From the IMG/VR virus record IMGVR_UViG_2645727539_000008, positions 1-26,592 of that record: DNA of 26,592 bases. One strand, given 5' to 3'. This document shows, piece after piece, positions 1 to 9,403 of this stretch (position 1 is the first letter of the stretch; the number at the start of each line of letters is the position of its first letter). The translations under genes and the position numbers were made by a program. The notes under the pieces were generated by a model that saw only the letters and a list, made by a program, of their open reading frames with translations, ran no database searches and was not told where the DNA came from. Source of the stretch: a virus (taxonomy: Duplodnaviria; Heunggongvirae; Uroviricota; Caudoviricetes).

Positions 1-85
1 TCATTTGTAAGGAATGATTATATTAACTACTTAAATCTGAAAACCCAAATTATGCCAGACAAAAACACATTAATCATTTTGTACA

Positions 86-1918
86 CTACCTGAACCGCGT
101 ATAGCCAACATCATGGCTGACATCAAAACCGCTGGATCGCGTTTCCATAACCCGCATACCCGGAGGCGAATTCACAAAAGATACCTTGATCTCACCATCA
201 ACTTTTGGCACAGAAGCTTTGTTAATCATGAAGGGATTCGAGCCTGTGGCATCGGAGGCGTTGTTTGACTGAGCCGGATCCACCGCCGGATAAGGTGTGT
301 ATCCCCGCGCCGGTATTCCCGTCCCATAAGCATCATAAGCACCCGCGCCCCACTGCGCAGAGTTAATGGCATCGACCGTGTCACCGGAACTGTCGGTAAA
401 CCACTCAATAATTGGCTTCAGCTTGTCCCACATATCCTGAAACCACTTAACAACCGGTCCCCAGTTATTGATCACCATCCCCAGCGGCGACCAGGCAAAA
501 ACCTTCTTCAGAAGTTCCCAACCTGCCTCAAAATAAGGACCAATGGTTTCCCAGAGCTTCTTGAAATAAGGTCCGACAACATCCCAGTTAGTGATAATTA
601 ATCCCGCAGCCAGAGCAATCGCCGTCGCAATCATGCCAATCGGCGTCATCGACATAATCCTGCTGACAATACTGATGGCACTGCCCACGCCCATCAATCC
701 CAGTTTCAGAATCGCAAGACCGGCAGCAAGCCCGACGACGCCGCGAATAACCCGGGGATTTTCATCCGCAAACTTCGTGAATTTCTCCCCCAACTCCCCC
801 AGCCATTGTGTGATATTTTTAGCGTCACCAGAAAATGCGCCGCCAATAGCCGCAAGGCCGTTAGTTGCGGTCCCTGTCATTGCCTCCCACAGGTTGGACA
901 GCGTACCAAGCTGTGCCTGAACACGTTTATTCAGGCTGGCCTGTTTATTCATCTTCTGCTGGATCTGATCGTAGCCATCCTTTCCTTTATCGATTAGTGC
1001 ATTGACCACCTGAAGGGTTTCGGCATCATCACCAAATATTGCCTTAAGTACACCTGTTCGCTTAACGTCGGTCAGTTTTCGCAGCTTTGCCAGTTGCCTG
1101 AACATGTTATCAAGACCGCCAAAACTTCCTTTGCCGTCAGTAAAATCGAGCTGTACCCCGAGTTTCTGGCGGGCCATAACTTTATTAACGTCCCTGATTT
1201 TCTTAACGCTTAATCCGGACTGGATAACTTTTCGCAGGGCATTACCTGCCGACTCCCCGTTCATCCCCATCTGATCCATCATGACGCTGATGGGGGCAAG
1301 GCTCTGCGCAGCCTGAAGACCATCCTTGTTCACCATCTTCAGAACAGAACTGGTTTTAGTGAAGAAGGACAACATGTTGGTATCGTCAACGCCCAGATAA
1401 AACGCCTTCTGGATAGTGTCGAACAGCCCCATCATGTCTTCTGACGCCGTTCCGGTAGCATCCTGCATCTTTGCAGCAAACTCAGCAGCCGCTTCCGGTG
1501 TTTTTTTCAGTTGTACCGCAAGATAAGCTGTCGCTTTACCCACACCACCCAGAATGTTTTCTGCCGGGATCCCCTGACGCACCAGCATCTGCATCATGTT
1601 CTGGAAATCAGCCGTTGTACCAGGTAGCTGGTTACCCAGGCCAATAGCCAGTTTATTGATGTCCTGAAAGCTCTTTCCAACCTCGCCGTTCGCATCCATC
1701 ATGGCGACTTTCAGCCCGGTGGCGGCGTTTTCCTGATCGGCATAAGATTTCAGGGAAAGCGTCAGACCCGCTGCCAGTCCGCCACCAAGCGCCAGCCCAC
1801 CCTGTGACGCTTCTTCCGCCTGGCGTTTAAATCCCCGGATTTTCTTTTGCATTTTCGACAGCGCGGGAGAAAGCCTGTCGACACCGGTGATCAACGCCTT
1901 AAGCTCAAATTCAGCCAT
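86..1918 (-). CDS. Phage tail tape measure protein
   Basis: 610 aa, Ala/Gly/Met-rich with internal hydrophobic segments, sits directly after a frameshifted tail chaperone and tube/sheath genes as in P2 (FI-FII-E/E'-T); start ATG overlaps the chaperone stop. Confidence 0.8.
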   Translation of the reverse strand: MAEFELKALITGVDRLSPALSKMQKKIRGFKRQAEEASQGGLALGGGLAAGLTLSLKSYADQENAATGLKVAMMDANGEVGKSFQDINKLAIGLGNQLPGTTADFQNMMQMLVRQGIPAENILGGVGKATAYLAVQLKKTPEAAAEFAAKMQDATGTASEDMMGLFDTIQKAFYLGVDDTNMLSFFTKTSSVLKMVNKDGLQAAQSLAPISVMMDQMGMNGESAGNALRKVIQSGLSVKKIRDVNKVMARQKLGVQLDFTDGKGSFGGLDNMFRQLAKLRKLTDVKRTGVLKAIFGDDAETLQVVNALIDKGKDGYDQIQQKMNKQASLNKRVQAQLGTLSNLWEAMTGTATNGLAAIGGAFSGDAKNITQWLGELGEKFTKFADENPRVIRGVVGLAAGLAILKLGLMGVGSAISIVSRIMSMTPIGMIATAIALAAGLIITNWDVVGPYFKKLWETIGPYFEAGWELLKKVFAWSPLGMVINNWGPVVKWFQDMWDKLKPIIEWFTDSSGDTVDAINSAQWGAGAYDAYGTGIPARGYTPYPAVDPAQSNNASDATGSNPFMINKASVPKVDGEIKVSFVNSPPGMRVMETRSSGFDVSHDVGYTRFR

Positions 1919-2093
1919 GTGTGCGTTTCTCCTGCTCTATCCTGTTTGCCTGACTGACCAGTAAGGGAATTTCACTGATCGGCATATTCAGCAATTCGAA
2001 AGGATTAATGCGCCAGTAGCTGGCGCAGTCAAAGAAGCGATCAGTGAGGTATTCAGCCGTCAGGCCTGGAGGAAAAAACCAGCCACAAGCCAC
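1911..2093 (-). CDS. Tail assembly chaperone, -1 frameshift extension (E'-like)
   Basis: 60-aa ORF in the -1 frame overlapping the 3' end of the chaperone ORF; its sequence FFPPGLTAEYLTDR continues exactly from the slippery run; ends overlapping the tape measure start. Confidence 0.6.
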   Translation of the reverse strand: MACGWFFPPGLTAEYLTDRFFDCASYWRINPFELLNMPISEIPLLVSQANRIEQEKRTHG

Positions 2094-2329
2094 GCCGCTG
2101 CATTCAGGTCTGCCGGAGACATCTGGTCGACAGAGCTTTGCGGCACTTTCGCCAGCCGCACAATGTATTTCGACACCACATGCGCCAGAAGTTTGACTGA
2201 CTCATCCTGATTCATCTGGTAGGGATACCCCAGCTCGCGGACATCCTTCCCGGTGGGCTCATCAAACTCCAGTACGGAGAGTGTCTCGCCATGAGCGGTA
2301 ATCGGTTTCTTTAACTCAAGCTCTTTCAT
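2060..2329 (-). CDS. Tail assembly chaperone (P2 gpE-like)
   Basis: 89 aa between tube and tape measure genes; contains slippery heptamer T_TTT_TTC near its 3' end. Confidence 0.7.
   Translation of the reverse strand: MKELELKKPITAHGETLSVLEFDEPTGKDVRELGYPYQMNQDESVKLLAHVVSKYIVRLAKVPQSSVDQMSPADLNAAAWLVAGFFLQA
2072..2078 (-). promoter_or_regulatory. Programmed -1 ribosomal frameshift slippery site (TTTTTTC)
   Basis: Minus-strand reading ggT TTT TTC in the chaperone frame gives an X_XXY_YYZ heptamer; the -1 frame continues into the 1911..2093 ORF. Confidence 0.6.
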
Positions 2330-2685
2330 TACTGGTAATCCCCTTCTTCACCGTGGAACTCAAGATCAACCGTGCCTTCTTCGGCATTATGGTTCGCTTC
2401 GCCGTGCAGCCAGGCGGACGACAATACATAGACCTGACCGTTCGCCAGCTCGGCAGTGATGGTCATCTCATCAGACGAGGTGATTTTGCTCACCGGAAAA
2501 TTCTTCGGCACCTTGAAGGTCCCTTTGACATAAGGCGCACGGTGAGTTTCCTTGCGGTCCACTGAACCGTCCAGGCTGATGATGTCATCATTGACCGTCC
2601 TGTTCATGGGCACCTCAATGCCGCCGGTCAGCGATAGCTGCTGACCGTCAATTTTGAAATAACAGGTTCCCCCGATACGGGCCAT
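2329..2685 (-). CDS. Contractile tail tube protein
   Basis: 118 aa immediately downstream of the sheath gene and upstream of the chaperone; size and position as Mu gpM / P2 FII; translationally coupled. Confidence 0.75.
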   Translation of the reverse strand: MARIGGTCYFKIDGQQLSLTGGIEVPMNRTVNDDIISLDGSVDRKETHRAPYVKGTFKVPKNFPVSKITSSDEMTITAELANGQVYVLSSAWLHGEANHNAEEGTVDLEFHGEEGDYQ

Positions 2686-4181
2686 TATGCAGACTCCTCT
2701 GAATACTGAAGACGGAACTGGTTAACCACGGCAAAGACACGCAACTGGTTAACATAGTCAGGCGGGAACAGCGTGTTCAGGCGGTTCGGATCGCTGGCAT
2801 CACGCTCCACAACCAGGTACTGCTTAAACAGTTCGTAGTTTTCCACGATCCCCGCACGCTCAAGCTGACGGTAGGTTGCCAGCAGTTCCCCTTTGATCAC
2901 CGCCGGTGTGACAATCGCCTGACCGGGACCAAAGCGGGTACCGTCGCTGGCAAGCTTGTGACGCCCGTACTTACTGGTAATGACGGATTTCAGTTTGCGC
3001 AGCACATACGCGCTGGTATGCAGCGTCTCGCTGTCGAGGTAGCTGTTATCCGCAACACCGTAAGCGTTTTTCCTGTACGTGGTGACATCACGCTGAATGC
3101 GCAGTACCCCGCTTTCGACATACGCCGTTGCCACGCCATGAGACAGCAGGGTCTGTTGTTCGGTCATCGTGAACCGTTTCCCCTTCGGCGCAGGCAGCAT
3201 ACCCACCAGCTCACCGGTCTGCGTGGGACGTGCCGGATCGTTGCGAATAAACACCGCTGCGCGGGCGGTACGGCTTGCCGCCAGCTCGTCGGCAGGCGTC
3301 TGGGTCTCTTTTTCGTATCCCGCCAGGGTAATGTGCTGCTGGTTAAACTGGTCACCTGCGGTCACCAGTTCTGACAGCGTGCCGATCTTTGCCGTATACA
3401 CATGACCATACAGCTGACGCGCATAGCTCCAGCGACCGCTGGTATCGTTCATCTCGGTCACCAGCGTGTTAACGGAGGCCGTGTCGTTGAACGGCAGGCC
3501 GATATAATCAAACGGCTCATCCGCCATTGCAGCCACCGCGCCGGTGAGAACAGGAGCGCCCGTTCCGGCGGTACCCGTCGCCACGGCAATCTGTACGCCA
3601 GCTGGCAGCACTTCGCCCCCACCAAAGCCGTAGTAATTGAGGCTGACAGGAATTTCATTCCCGCAAAACCCCTTATGACGCGCGGTCAGTGTGACCACGC
3701 CTGCCGAAGATGAGGCAGTAAACGGCAGGGTCGGAACGGCATTGATGGCATCCTGGATACTGCTGGCAATCGTCGCGACGTTATCGCCGTTGGTCACCGG
3801 TGCCTGCACGCGGGTACGTCCCACATAAACATTCACCGTGCCGGTTTCGGTTGCCGCGCCGGTCACCGTCAGCGTAACTGTTGCCGCCGCGCCCGTGGAT
3901 TCAGGAACGGCAATCACATACAGTTCACCAAACGGGTCGGTCTGGCGATAAGCCTCGACCATACGCGCCAGCTGACTTCCCGCACCACAAATCTGGCGTG
4001 CATAGTCTGCCGATGGCATCAGCACCAGACTGTTGGCAACAATCTCTGCACCGTTATTGGCATGACCAATCAGCAGCGATGCTCCGCTGTCCTGTGCAGT
4101 ATTCGCCGCCGAGTTATCCATTTCCGCATAAAAAATCGGAACCAGCGTATTCGACGGAATGGTGTTAAAGCTTATCGTCAT
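2685..4181 (-). CDS. Contractile tail sheath protein
   Basis: 498 aa, N-terminus MTISFNTIPSNTLVPIFYAEMDNS typical of Mu/P2-type sheath proteins; followed by the tube gene. Confidence 0.85.
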   Translation of the reverse strand: MTISFNTIPSNTLVPIFYAEMDNSAANTAQDSGASLLIGHANNGAEIVANSLVLMPSADYARQICGAGSQLARMVEAYRQTDPFGELYVIAVPESTGAAATVTLTVTGAATETGTVNVYVGRTRVQAPVTNGDNVATIASSIQDAINAVPTLPFTASSSAGVVTLTARHKGFCGNEIPVSLNYYGFGGGEVLPAGVQIAVATGTAGTGAPVLTGAVAAMADEPFDYIGLPFNDTASVNTLVTEMNDTSGRWSYARQLYGHVYTAKIGTLSELVTAGDQFNQQHITLAGYEKETQTPADELAASRTARAAVFIRNDPARPTQTGELVGMLPAPKGKRFTMTEQQTLLSHGVATAYVESGVLRIQRDVTTYRKNAYGVADNSYLDSETLHTSAYVLRKLKSVITSKYGRHKLASDGTRFGPGQAIVTPAVIKGELLATYRQLERAGIVENYELFKQYLVVERDASDPNRLNTLFPPDYVNQLRVFAVVNQFRLQYSEESA

Positions 4182-4343
4182 CGGTATTCACCTTTTCATT
4201 CACGCGCCGGATATCACCCGCTGCTTCACGGCGCAGCCAGTAGTTGTTCTCATCAACATTTCGCCCCTCGGCGGGCAAAAGGTCGCCGCGGGCAGGGTCA
4301 GGAACTGACCGCCCTTTAACAGGTTTCACAAACATGAAGATTC

Positions 4344-4904
4344 TCAGGAAGGAAGGGTTATTTCGGTGTGATGTTCGATATCGCCGTCAGGCCCGTTACC
4401 GGGATCGAGATAATCAACATCAATCGCCAGCGTTCGCAGTTCATCCAGACTGTTCAGGTCATCCTGCTGGCGGGTATCGTCTTCGGTCAGTTCGCTGATG
4501 ACCGAAAAATCGAACTGATAAATCAGCTCATGACGATTCAGATCCAGCAGCGTGCCGCCGTCATAGGTAATCGGGTTACCGCACGCTTCCGGGTTCCAGC
4601 CCAGCAGAGCCTTAAAGAGCATCTGCCGGACATCGTCCACCACATCATACGAGGCAAACTGACCGCGCTCATCACGCCCGTTACTCAGTATGACAACCAC
4701 GGAGAAGCCCTCTTTCAGCTCCTGCCAGTAGTCGGTCTGGCTTTTGTTTTCTCCCGGAGAGTCATCACCCGGTACCACATACGCCGCCGGGAGTCTCAGC
4801 TTTCCGACCTCCGGCAGATTTTTGAACTGTGCCGCGCCTGCCACCCGGTTTTCAAAATACGGGCAGCGGGCACGCAGCGCAGCAATAACAGGCGTCAGTT
4901 TCAT
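4344..4904 (-). CDS. Putative tail terminator / neck protein
   Basis: 186-aa acidic protein between head-completion genes and sheath; ATGA overlap with upstream gene; function by position only. Confidence 0.5.
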   Translation of the reverse strand: MKLTPVIAALRARCPYFENRVAGAAQFKNLPEVGKLRLPAAYVVPGDDSPGENKSQTDYWQELKEGFSVVVILSNGRDERGQFASYDVVDDVRQMLFKALLGWNPEACGNPITYDGGTLLDLNRHELIYQFDFSVISELTEDDTRQQDDLNSLDELRTLAIDVDYLDPGNGPDGDIEHHTEITLPS

Positions 4905-5407
4905 CTGTGTCGTCGCTCCGGCTTCAGTGATTTACGCAATTCCCGCGCCAGAAAATAGCGTGTCCAGCTGCGGTTCTTTTCAAGCGTTTCCACCATAAAG
5001 TTATTACGTGGAGCCAGCCGCCAGCCGCTGCCACCGGATGCACCACGATGATGACTACGACGACGTTTTGCTCCTCCCCGGACACCAAAAAACAGAAACG
5101 CCGGATAGAAGTCACCAGAGATCATCCGGTTCCCCTTCCCGTTGCGCTGGTTAGGGGCAATGCGTGTCATAAAACCGGCTCGCTTTTTACTAGCTCTCGG
5201 CACCATGTAACCAATCGAACGAGCCAGGCGTCCGGTCTGATAACCGGGGTTTTCACCCGGTGCCGACCGCGCACGGCGCATCACCAGCCGACGGGCATCA
5301 CGCATATGACGCTGCCCAATCGTGACAAACGCCCGCCGGACACGGGCGCGGTTAAAGCGCATCTCCGCGGGCTGCTGAACATCAACGTGAAAAAAGGGAG
5401 TCGCCAT
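4901..5407 (-). CDS. Putative neck / virion morphogenesis protein (HK97 gp10-like)
   Basis: 168 aa, very Arg-rich, in head-tail joining cluster; coupled to neighbours. Confidence 0.5.
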   Translation of the reverse strand: MATPFFHVDVQQPAEMRFNRARVRRAFVTIGQRHMRDARRLVMRRARSAPGENPGYQTGRLARSIGYMVPRASKKRAGFMTRIAPNQRNGKGNRMISGDFYPAFLFFGVRGGAKRRRSHHRGASGGSGWRLAPRNNFMVETLEKNRSWTRYFLARELRKSLKPERRHR

Positions 5408-5792
5408 TGCTGCCTCCGTGACTCTGCGTAAATTCGCCCAGTTCCGTACACTCCAGCAGCAGAAAGCGCCGCGCCCCGTTCAGATCGCGCTGACGTTTCA
5501 CCCGGTACACACTGTCATCACAGACCACCTCATAATCAGCAGTGATCCCCCGGCGGTAGCGAATGGTGATGTAATGGGTGATGGCGTCTCCGGTCTGCGC
5601 GGTTTCCTGCCAGGTGGTGGCACTGGTCTGGATAACCTTCGCCCATGCCCGGAACGCAACCGGGTATTGAGGCTCCACGCCAAAGTTATCCGCGGGCATA
5701 TCCACCCGCTGGCGGATCAGGACGCGTTTATTCAGTTCGCCGGGGTCCGGCAGAATGTAGGTTGCGCTGGTCTGCGCCTGACGAATTTTCAT
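5382..5792 (-). CDS. Head-tail adaptor / head closure protein
   Basis: 136 aa, position after the connector gene; resembles head-tail joining family proteins. Confidence 0.55.
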   Translation of the reverse strand: MKIRQAQTSATYILPDPGELNKRVLIRQRVDMPADNFGVEPQYPVAFRAWAKVIQTSATTWQETAQTGDAITHYITIRYRRGITADYEVVCDDSVYRVKRQRDLNGARRFLLLECTELGEFTQSHGGSNGDSLFSR

Positions 5793-6112
5793 AGTGGTAT
5801 AAGGCGATAAGGAACAACCAACCAGTTAAAACTCATTGGCAACTCCATTTTCTCAACGTCTGTAACCGTTGAGCGGTTTTCGTAGAAATGGCTGACAAGT
5901 AGCAGAAGCGCCAGCTTCACATCATCAGATATCACAAGCCCATCAGGATCATCCGCAGGCCTGTCATCTGCGGTTGCATACAACTTACGGTTAAGGAAGT
6001 TTTCCGTACGACTCTGAGCGGCCTTACCAAGCAGTTCAAGCAACTCATCTTCATCAGAGAAATCATCATCCAGACGGAGCTGAAGCTTAATCTCTTCCAT
6101 TTTTAACAGCAT
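5789..6112 (-). CDS. Head-tail connector (gp6-like DNA packaging protein)
   Basis: Start moved to internal ATG (MLLKMEEIK) preceded by AGGAGG; acidic ~107-aa protein immediately after the capsid gene. Confidence 0.6.
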   Translation of the reverse strand: MLLKMEEIKLQLRLDDDFSDEDELLELLGKAAQSRTENFLNRKLYATADDRPADDPDGLVISDDVKLALLLLVSHFYENRSTVTDVEKMELPMSFNWLVVPYRLIPL

Positions 6113-6190
6113 AAAACCTCCTGTGCCCGCCAGAACGCGGGCACAAAAAAACCGCATTACGCGGCGTGCTGTATTACGTAAAAAGACTAA

Positions 6191-7420
6191 TCAACCACCA
6201 ACGCTACCTTTCCCCACCAGCGCTTTAATGGCAGAGGTGTCTTCCAGGATACAGTCAAAACGATGGAAGGCCAGAAAACCAGTCTGATCATATTCCGCGT
6301 AACGCTCAACCAGACGTTTAAGAATCATGTATCGCACACGACGGATAATGAAGCGATCAAAGTCACCACAGAACATGAATTTTTTACCCGCCCCGATATC
6401 ATCAATTTCCTGATCAATGACATACGGTACATTCAACACTGAAGCAGGTGCCACACCAACAATATCCGGCAACCATAAAGGGCGTCCCTGACCGTCTTCC
6501 ATCTCACTGATCAGTTTCAGCGTATTATCGTTAAACGCCAGGCGGAATTTCGGCCCGCGACGATATGCAGGATCAATGCTGTGTTTCAGAGCCAGAATTT
6601 CCTGCCACTTCACCGTATTTGCCGCGGCAGTCTGTGTTGTGCCGGTCACAGATGCGACCAGCCCTTTGGGTTGTTTAGGCGTACCAGCACCAGTTCCCTG
6701 AATCAGATAACGGGCTTCACCACGACCAATACGTTCAGCAATGCGACGGGCAAGATAAGCTTCCATATCGATCGCGCTGTCCTGCAGCAACTCATTAGAC
6801 ACACGAATGATTTTCGATGTCATTTTGAGCGCCCCAAGACTTCCCATACCGAAATCGGTGTCTTCTTCACCGGCTTCTTCATTTTCGCCCAGCAGAACAC
6901 CAACTTCGGAAGTACCATCAGCTGTTGCCCACTCCATAGTGCGACCGTCAGAAGTGGTCAGAATCTGCGCCACACTGGCGATGCCACCGTAGGATTTCAT
7001 CTTCTCAACAACTTTCGCCAGGAATGTTTCTGGTACGGTATATCCGCCCTTTTCATCCTGAGCTACACCCTGGGCACGAAGTTCACGCAACGCCTTTCGT
7101 TCTTCTGATGTCAGCTCACTGGCACCGTGACGCATCCACTTATCAAAAACCTGAGCTCGTTTCTCATCCTGTTGCGGATTGTTTTCCGGATCAAGATTCT
7201 GACGCTGCTCTTCCTCATTGCTTTCAATGTACGCCTGATCCTGACGACGCAGTTCTTCTTCGCGTGCAATTCGTTCATCAAGCGCTTCCAGTTCGGATTT
7301 TGCTTTGTTCCACTCAGTGCGCTGCTCTTCCGTCCATGCGTTATCACCAATTTTTTCATTCAGGGCGCGCATGTCAGTTGCGATAGTATTACGTTTCTGT
7401 TTCAGTTCATGCAGTTTCAT
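6191..7420 (-). CDS. Major capsid protein, HK97 fold with N-terminal scaffold-like coiled-coil delta domain
   Basis: 409 aa; N-terminal ~100 aa charged coiled coil then capsid domain; follows the prohead protease gene. Confidence 0.9.
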   Translation of the reverse strand: MKLHELKQKRNTIATDMRALNEKIGDNAWTEEQRTEWNKAKSELEALDERIAREEELRRQDQAYIESNEEEQRQNLDPENNPQQDEKRAQVFDKWMRHGASELTSEERKALRELRAQGVAQDEKGGYTVPETFLAKVVEKMKSYGGIASVAQILTTSDGRTMEWATADGTSEVGVLLGENEEAGEEDTDFGMGSLGALKMTSKIIRVSNELLQDSAIDMEAYLARRIAERIGRGEARYLIQGTGAGTPKQPKGLVASVTGTTQTAAANTVKWQEILALKHSIDPAYRRGPKFRLAFNDNTLKLISEMEDGQGRPLWLPDIVGVAPASVLNVPYVIDQEIDDIGAGKKFMFCGDFDRFIIRRVRYMILKRLVERYAEYDQTGFLAFHRFDCILEDTSAIKALVGKGSVGG

Positions 7421-7430
7421 GATGTTTCCT

Positions 7431-8033
7431 TTACGCGTTAAGAAGGGTCAGGACGCGTTCACGCGCCATACGTTGATTAATGGCTTTCTGTAGCGCGCCA
7501 CTGTTGCGCGCCTCCTGCCATGCTTTCATGGAGCGAACAGCCGAGTCAGCCTCCTGATAGGCAGGATATGTCACAGGACTGACATCCAGCAGACGGGAAA
7601 AGCGGGTTATCTCGCGAATAACAACCCCGTCCTCATCCTGATACCACTCCTCACCGTCACGGGCGACACGGAAAGCGAAAGATGACTGGTTAATATCTCC
7701 ACGTTGCATCGGGGCCAGCACCAGATCACGAATGGTCTGTGTCTCCGGAGCCTGGATGTCATAGCGTAATCCGCGCTCATCAACTGAAAGATTCAGCGTG
7801 CCTGCTGCACTACGCCCAAGAATAAAATTAGGATCGTGGTTAAACAGTGCGCGTACATCATCACCAAGCACATCGTCAAAAGCGCCGGGCCGGATGATTT
7901 CGCGGAATGAACCGAATATCAGCTCAGAACGACAGTCAAACACCGATCCATAACCGATAATGTGCGCCGGGTTATCGTCATGCCGCTCAGCACGCACCTC
8001 ACCGCTGTAACAACGGATTTCACGGTCATTCAT
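7431..8033 (-). CDS. Prohead maturation protease (HK97 family)
   Basis: Between portal and capsid genes; start chosen at MNDREIRCY, preceded by GAGGGA; ORF track gives a longer 219-aa version to 8090. Confidence 0.8.
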   Translation of the reverse strand: MNDREIRCYSGEVRAERHDDNPAHIIGYGSVFDCRSELIFGSFREIIRPGAFDDVLGDDVRALFNHDPNFILGRSAAGTLNLSVDERGLRYDIQAPETQTIRDLVLAPMQRGDINQSSFAFRVARDGEEWYQDEDGVVIREITRFSRLLDVSPVTYPAYQEADSAVRSMKAWQEARNSGALQKAINQRMARERVLTLLNA

Positions 8034-9300
8034 TGGTTTTTCCCTCATCGTTTTTTGGGGGCTTAAAATCTCCTGCCGGGTTAGCAGCATTCACGCTTAC
8101 CAGCATCTCGTCCAGCCCTTCAACCGGATTCATATCCTCAAATGCGCGGGCCTCATTACGGCTCATCCATCCATCGGTAATAGCGAAGTGATAGAATTGC
8201 GCGCGCTCCTGCGGAGTTCCGCGTAAAAGCCCCGTCAGATTGAACCTGACGTAATACCCGGCGGCTAACTCAGCGCGGGTAAACAAGCGACGGTTAAGCT
8301 CCTGCTCCCAGTTCGTCACCCACGGCATCATCGTGTAGCGGACAAACTGAATCGCCTGCGCAGAAATATTGGAGAAGGTGGCTTTTTCGAGGTCATTAAT
8401 CATGTGCGCAGGAATATTGAAAATACCGGCGATCATTGAACGGTTCAGCTTCATCATGTCAATGATCTGAGCGTCAACTGGCGACACAGTCAGTGCCTTG
8501 TAATCCAGATCGGCTGGCAGCAGCATGGTTTTGTTTTCCTGGCGGCGTAACGCCTGCGATGCCTTCTGCCACTGTTCTTTAAGCCAGCCCCAGCTTTCCT
8601 TATTGAGTCCGCTTTTAACGGATACTATCCCCGCCGGACGGGCATTACCGCTGAAGAAGCTTTCTGTGTACTTCTGACCGCTCATCCCCATGCCTATTGT
8701 TTCGGCATGTTGCATAATCGGACTCAGCCCCATCTTCTGATTATTACCCAGCGCTCGGATGTGGATCATATCGTCGGGGCTGATCGCAAACGCTCCATAT
8801 TCGTTGTACAAACCGTAGGTGTATCGGCCACCAGTATTCATCAGCGTCGTTTCCCACGGCATACAGCAATCCAGGGATATGACTTCACCGCGACGATTAC
8901 GTTTCACCCAGGTATACCCATTCCCCCAGCCAAGGATGTGACGTTGCTTCAGTTCGCGCCATTTGTAACTGGTTTGCCAGGTATTGGGCTCATCATGAAC
9001 CAGATAAAACGCCGGATGATCGCGTGCGGGCTCAACCTTCCCATTGTGCCTGCGCATAACATGCAACGGCATCTGGGCAAGGCTGGAAGACAGGACATAG
9101 ATACAGGAATACACCGCAGCCAGTTTCATCGCAGTTTCAGGACTGACATAAACGTCTGCCCGGAACAGCCCATCAGTATCAACGGCATCCCCGGTTATCG
9201 GGGTGGAAGGATTCTCCAGTGATTTACTTCTGAACAGAGCATCAAGCAGCACGCGTCCCCCTTCTGACCATAACCAGTGCTCCCACCAGCAGTAAAGCAC
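8026..9300 (-). CDS. Portal protein (HK97 family)
   Basis: 424-aa ORF with portal-like N-terminal motif LFRSKS...ETAMKLAAVYSCI; true start may be the GTG near 9252, which is preceded by AAGGGGG. Confidence 0.85.
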   Translation of the reverse strand: MLYCWWEHWLWSEGGRVLLDALFRSKSLENPSTPITGDAVDTDGLFRADVYVSPETAMKLAAVYSCIYVLSSSLAQMPLHVMRRHNGKVEPARDHPAFYLVHDEPNTWQTSYKWRELKQRHILGWGNGYTWVKRNRRGEVISLDCCMPWETTLMNTGGRYTYGLYNEYGAFAISPDDMIHIRALGNNQKMGLSPIMQHAETIGMGMSGQKYTESFFSGNARPAGIVSVKSGLNKESWGWLKEQWQKASQALRRQENKTMLLPADLDYKALTVSPVDAQIIDMMKLNRSMIAGIFNIPAHMINDLEKATFSNISAQAIQFVRYTMMPWVTNWEQELNRRLFTRAELAAGYYVRFNLTGLLRGTPQERAQFYHFAITDGWMSRNEARAFEDMNPVEGLDEMLVSVNAANPAGDFKPPKNDEGKTNE

Positions 9301-9403
9301 CGGACAAAATCAGAGCCGGAGCCATACCAAACTGCAGGTAAACTCCGCACGTAAGCAGGCCAAAACCAGTCAGCCCGATAACATCAGCAATTAGTGATTT
9401 CAT
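9242..9403 (-). CDS. Small hydrophobic protein (53 aa), hypothetical
   Basis: Manually translated [53 protein letters not shown]; ATGA overlap with terminase stop; no clear SD. Confidence 0.3.
   Translation of the reverse strand: MKSLIADVIGLTGFGLLTCGVYLQFGMAPALILSGALLLVGALVMVRRGTRAA

Noticed and set aside
591-997. Plus-strand ORFs (109 and 63 aa) inside the tape measure gene
   Set aside because: Antisense to a long, well-supported minus-strand gene; low-complexity Pro/Ala/Ile-rich translations typical of out-of-frame reads.
2958-4168. Several 60-140-aa ORFs on both strands within the sheath gene region
   Set aside because: All nested in or antisense to the 498-aa sheath CDS; Arg/Cys-rich composition typical of spurious frames in GC-rich coding DNA.
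6122-6144. Perfect 8-bp GC hairpin (GTGCCCGC/GCGGGCAC) between capsid and connector genes, considered as a terminator
   Set aside because: On the transcribed minus strand the U-tract precedes rather than follows this stem; only the weaker CCGC/GCGG hairpin plus U7 upstream has terminator geometry, so it is at most a partial terminator or processing site.
6581-7493. Plus-strand ORFs (62-175 aa) overlapping the major capsid gene
   Set aside because: Antisense to the capsid CDS; no start context; compositionally aberrant.
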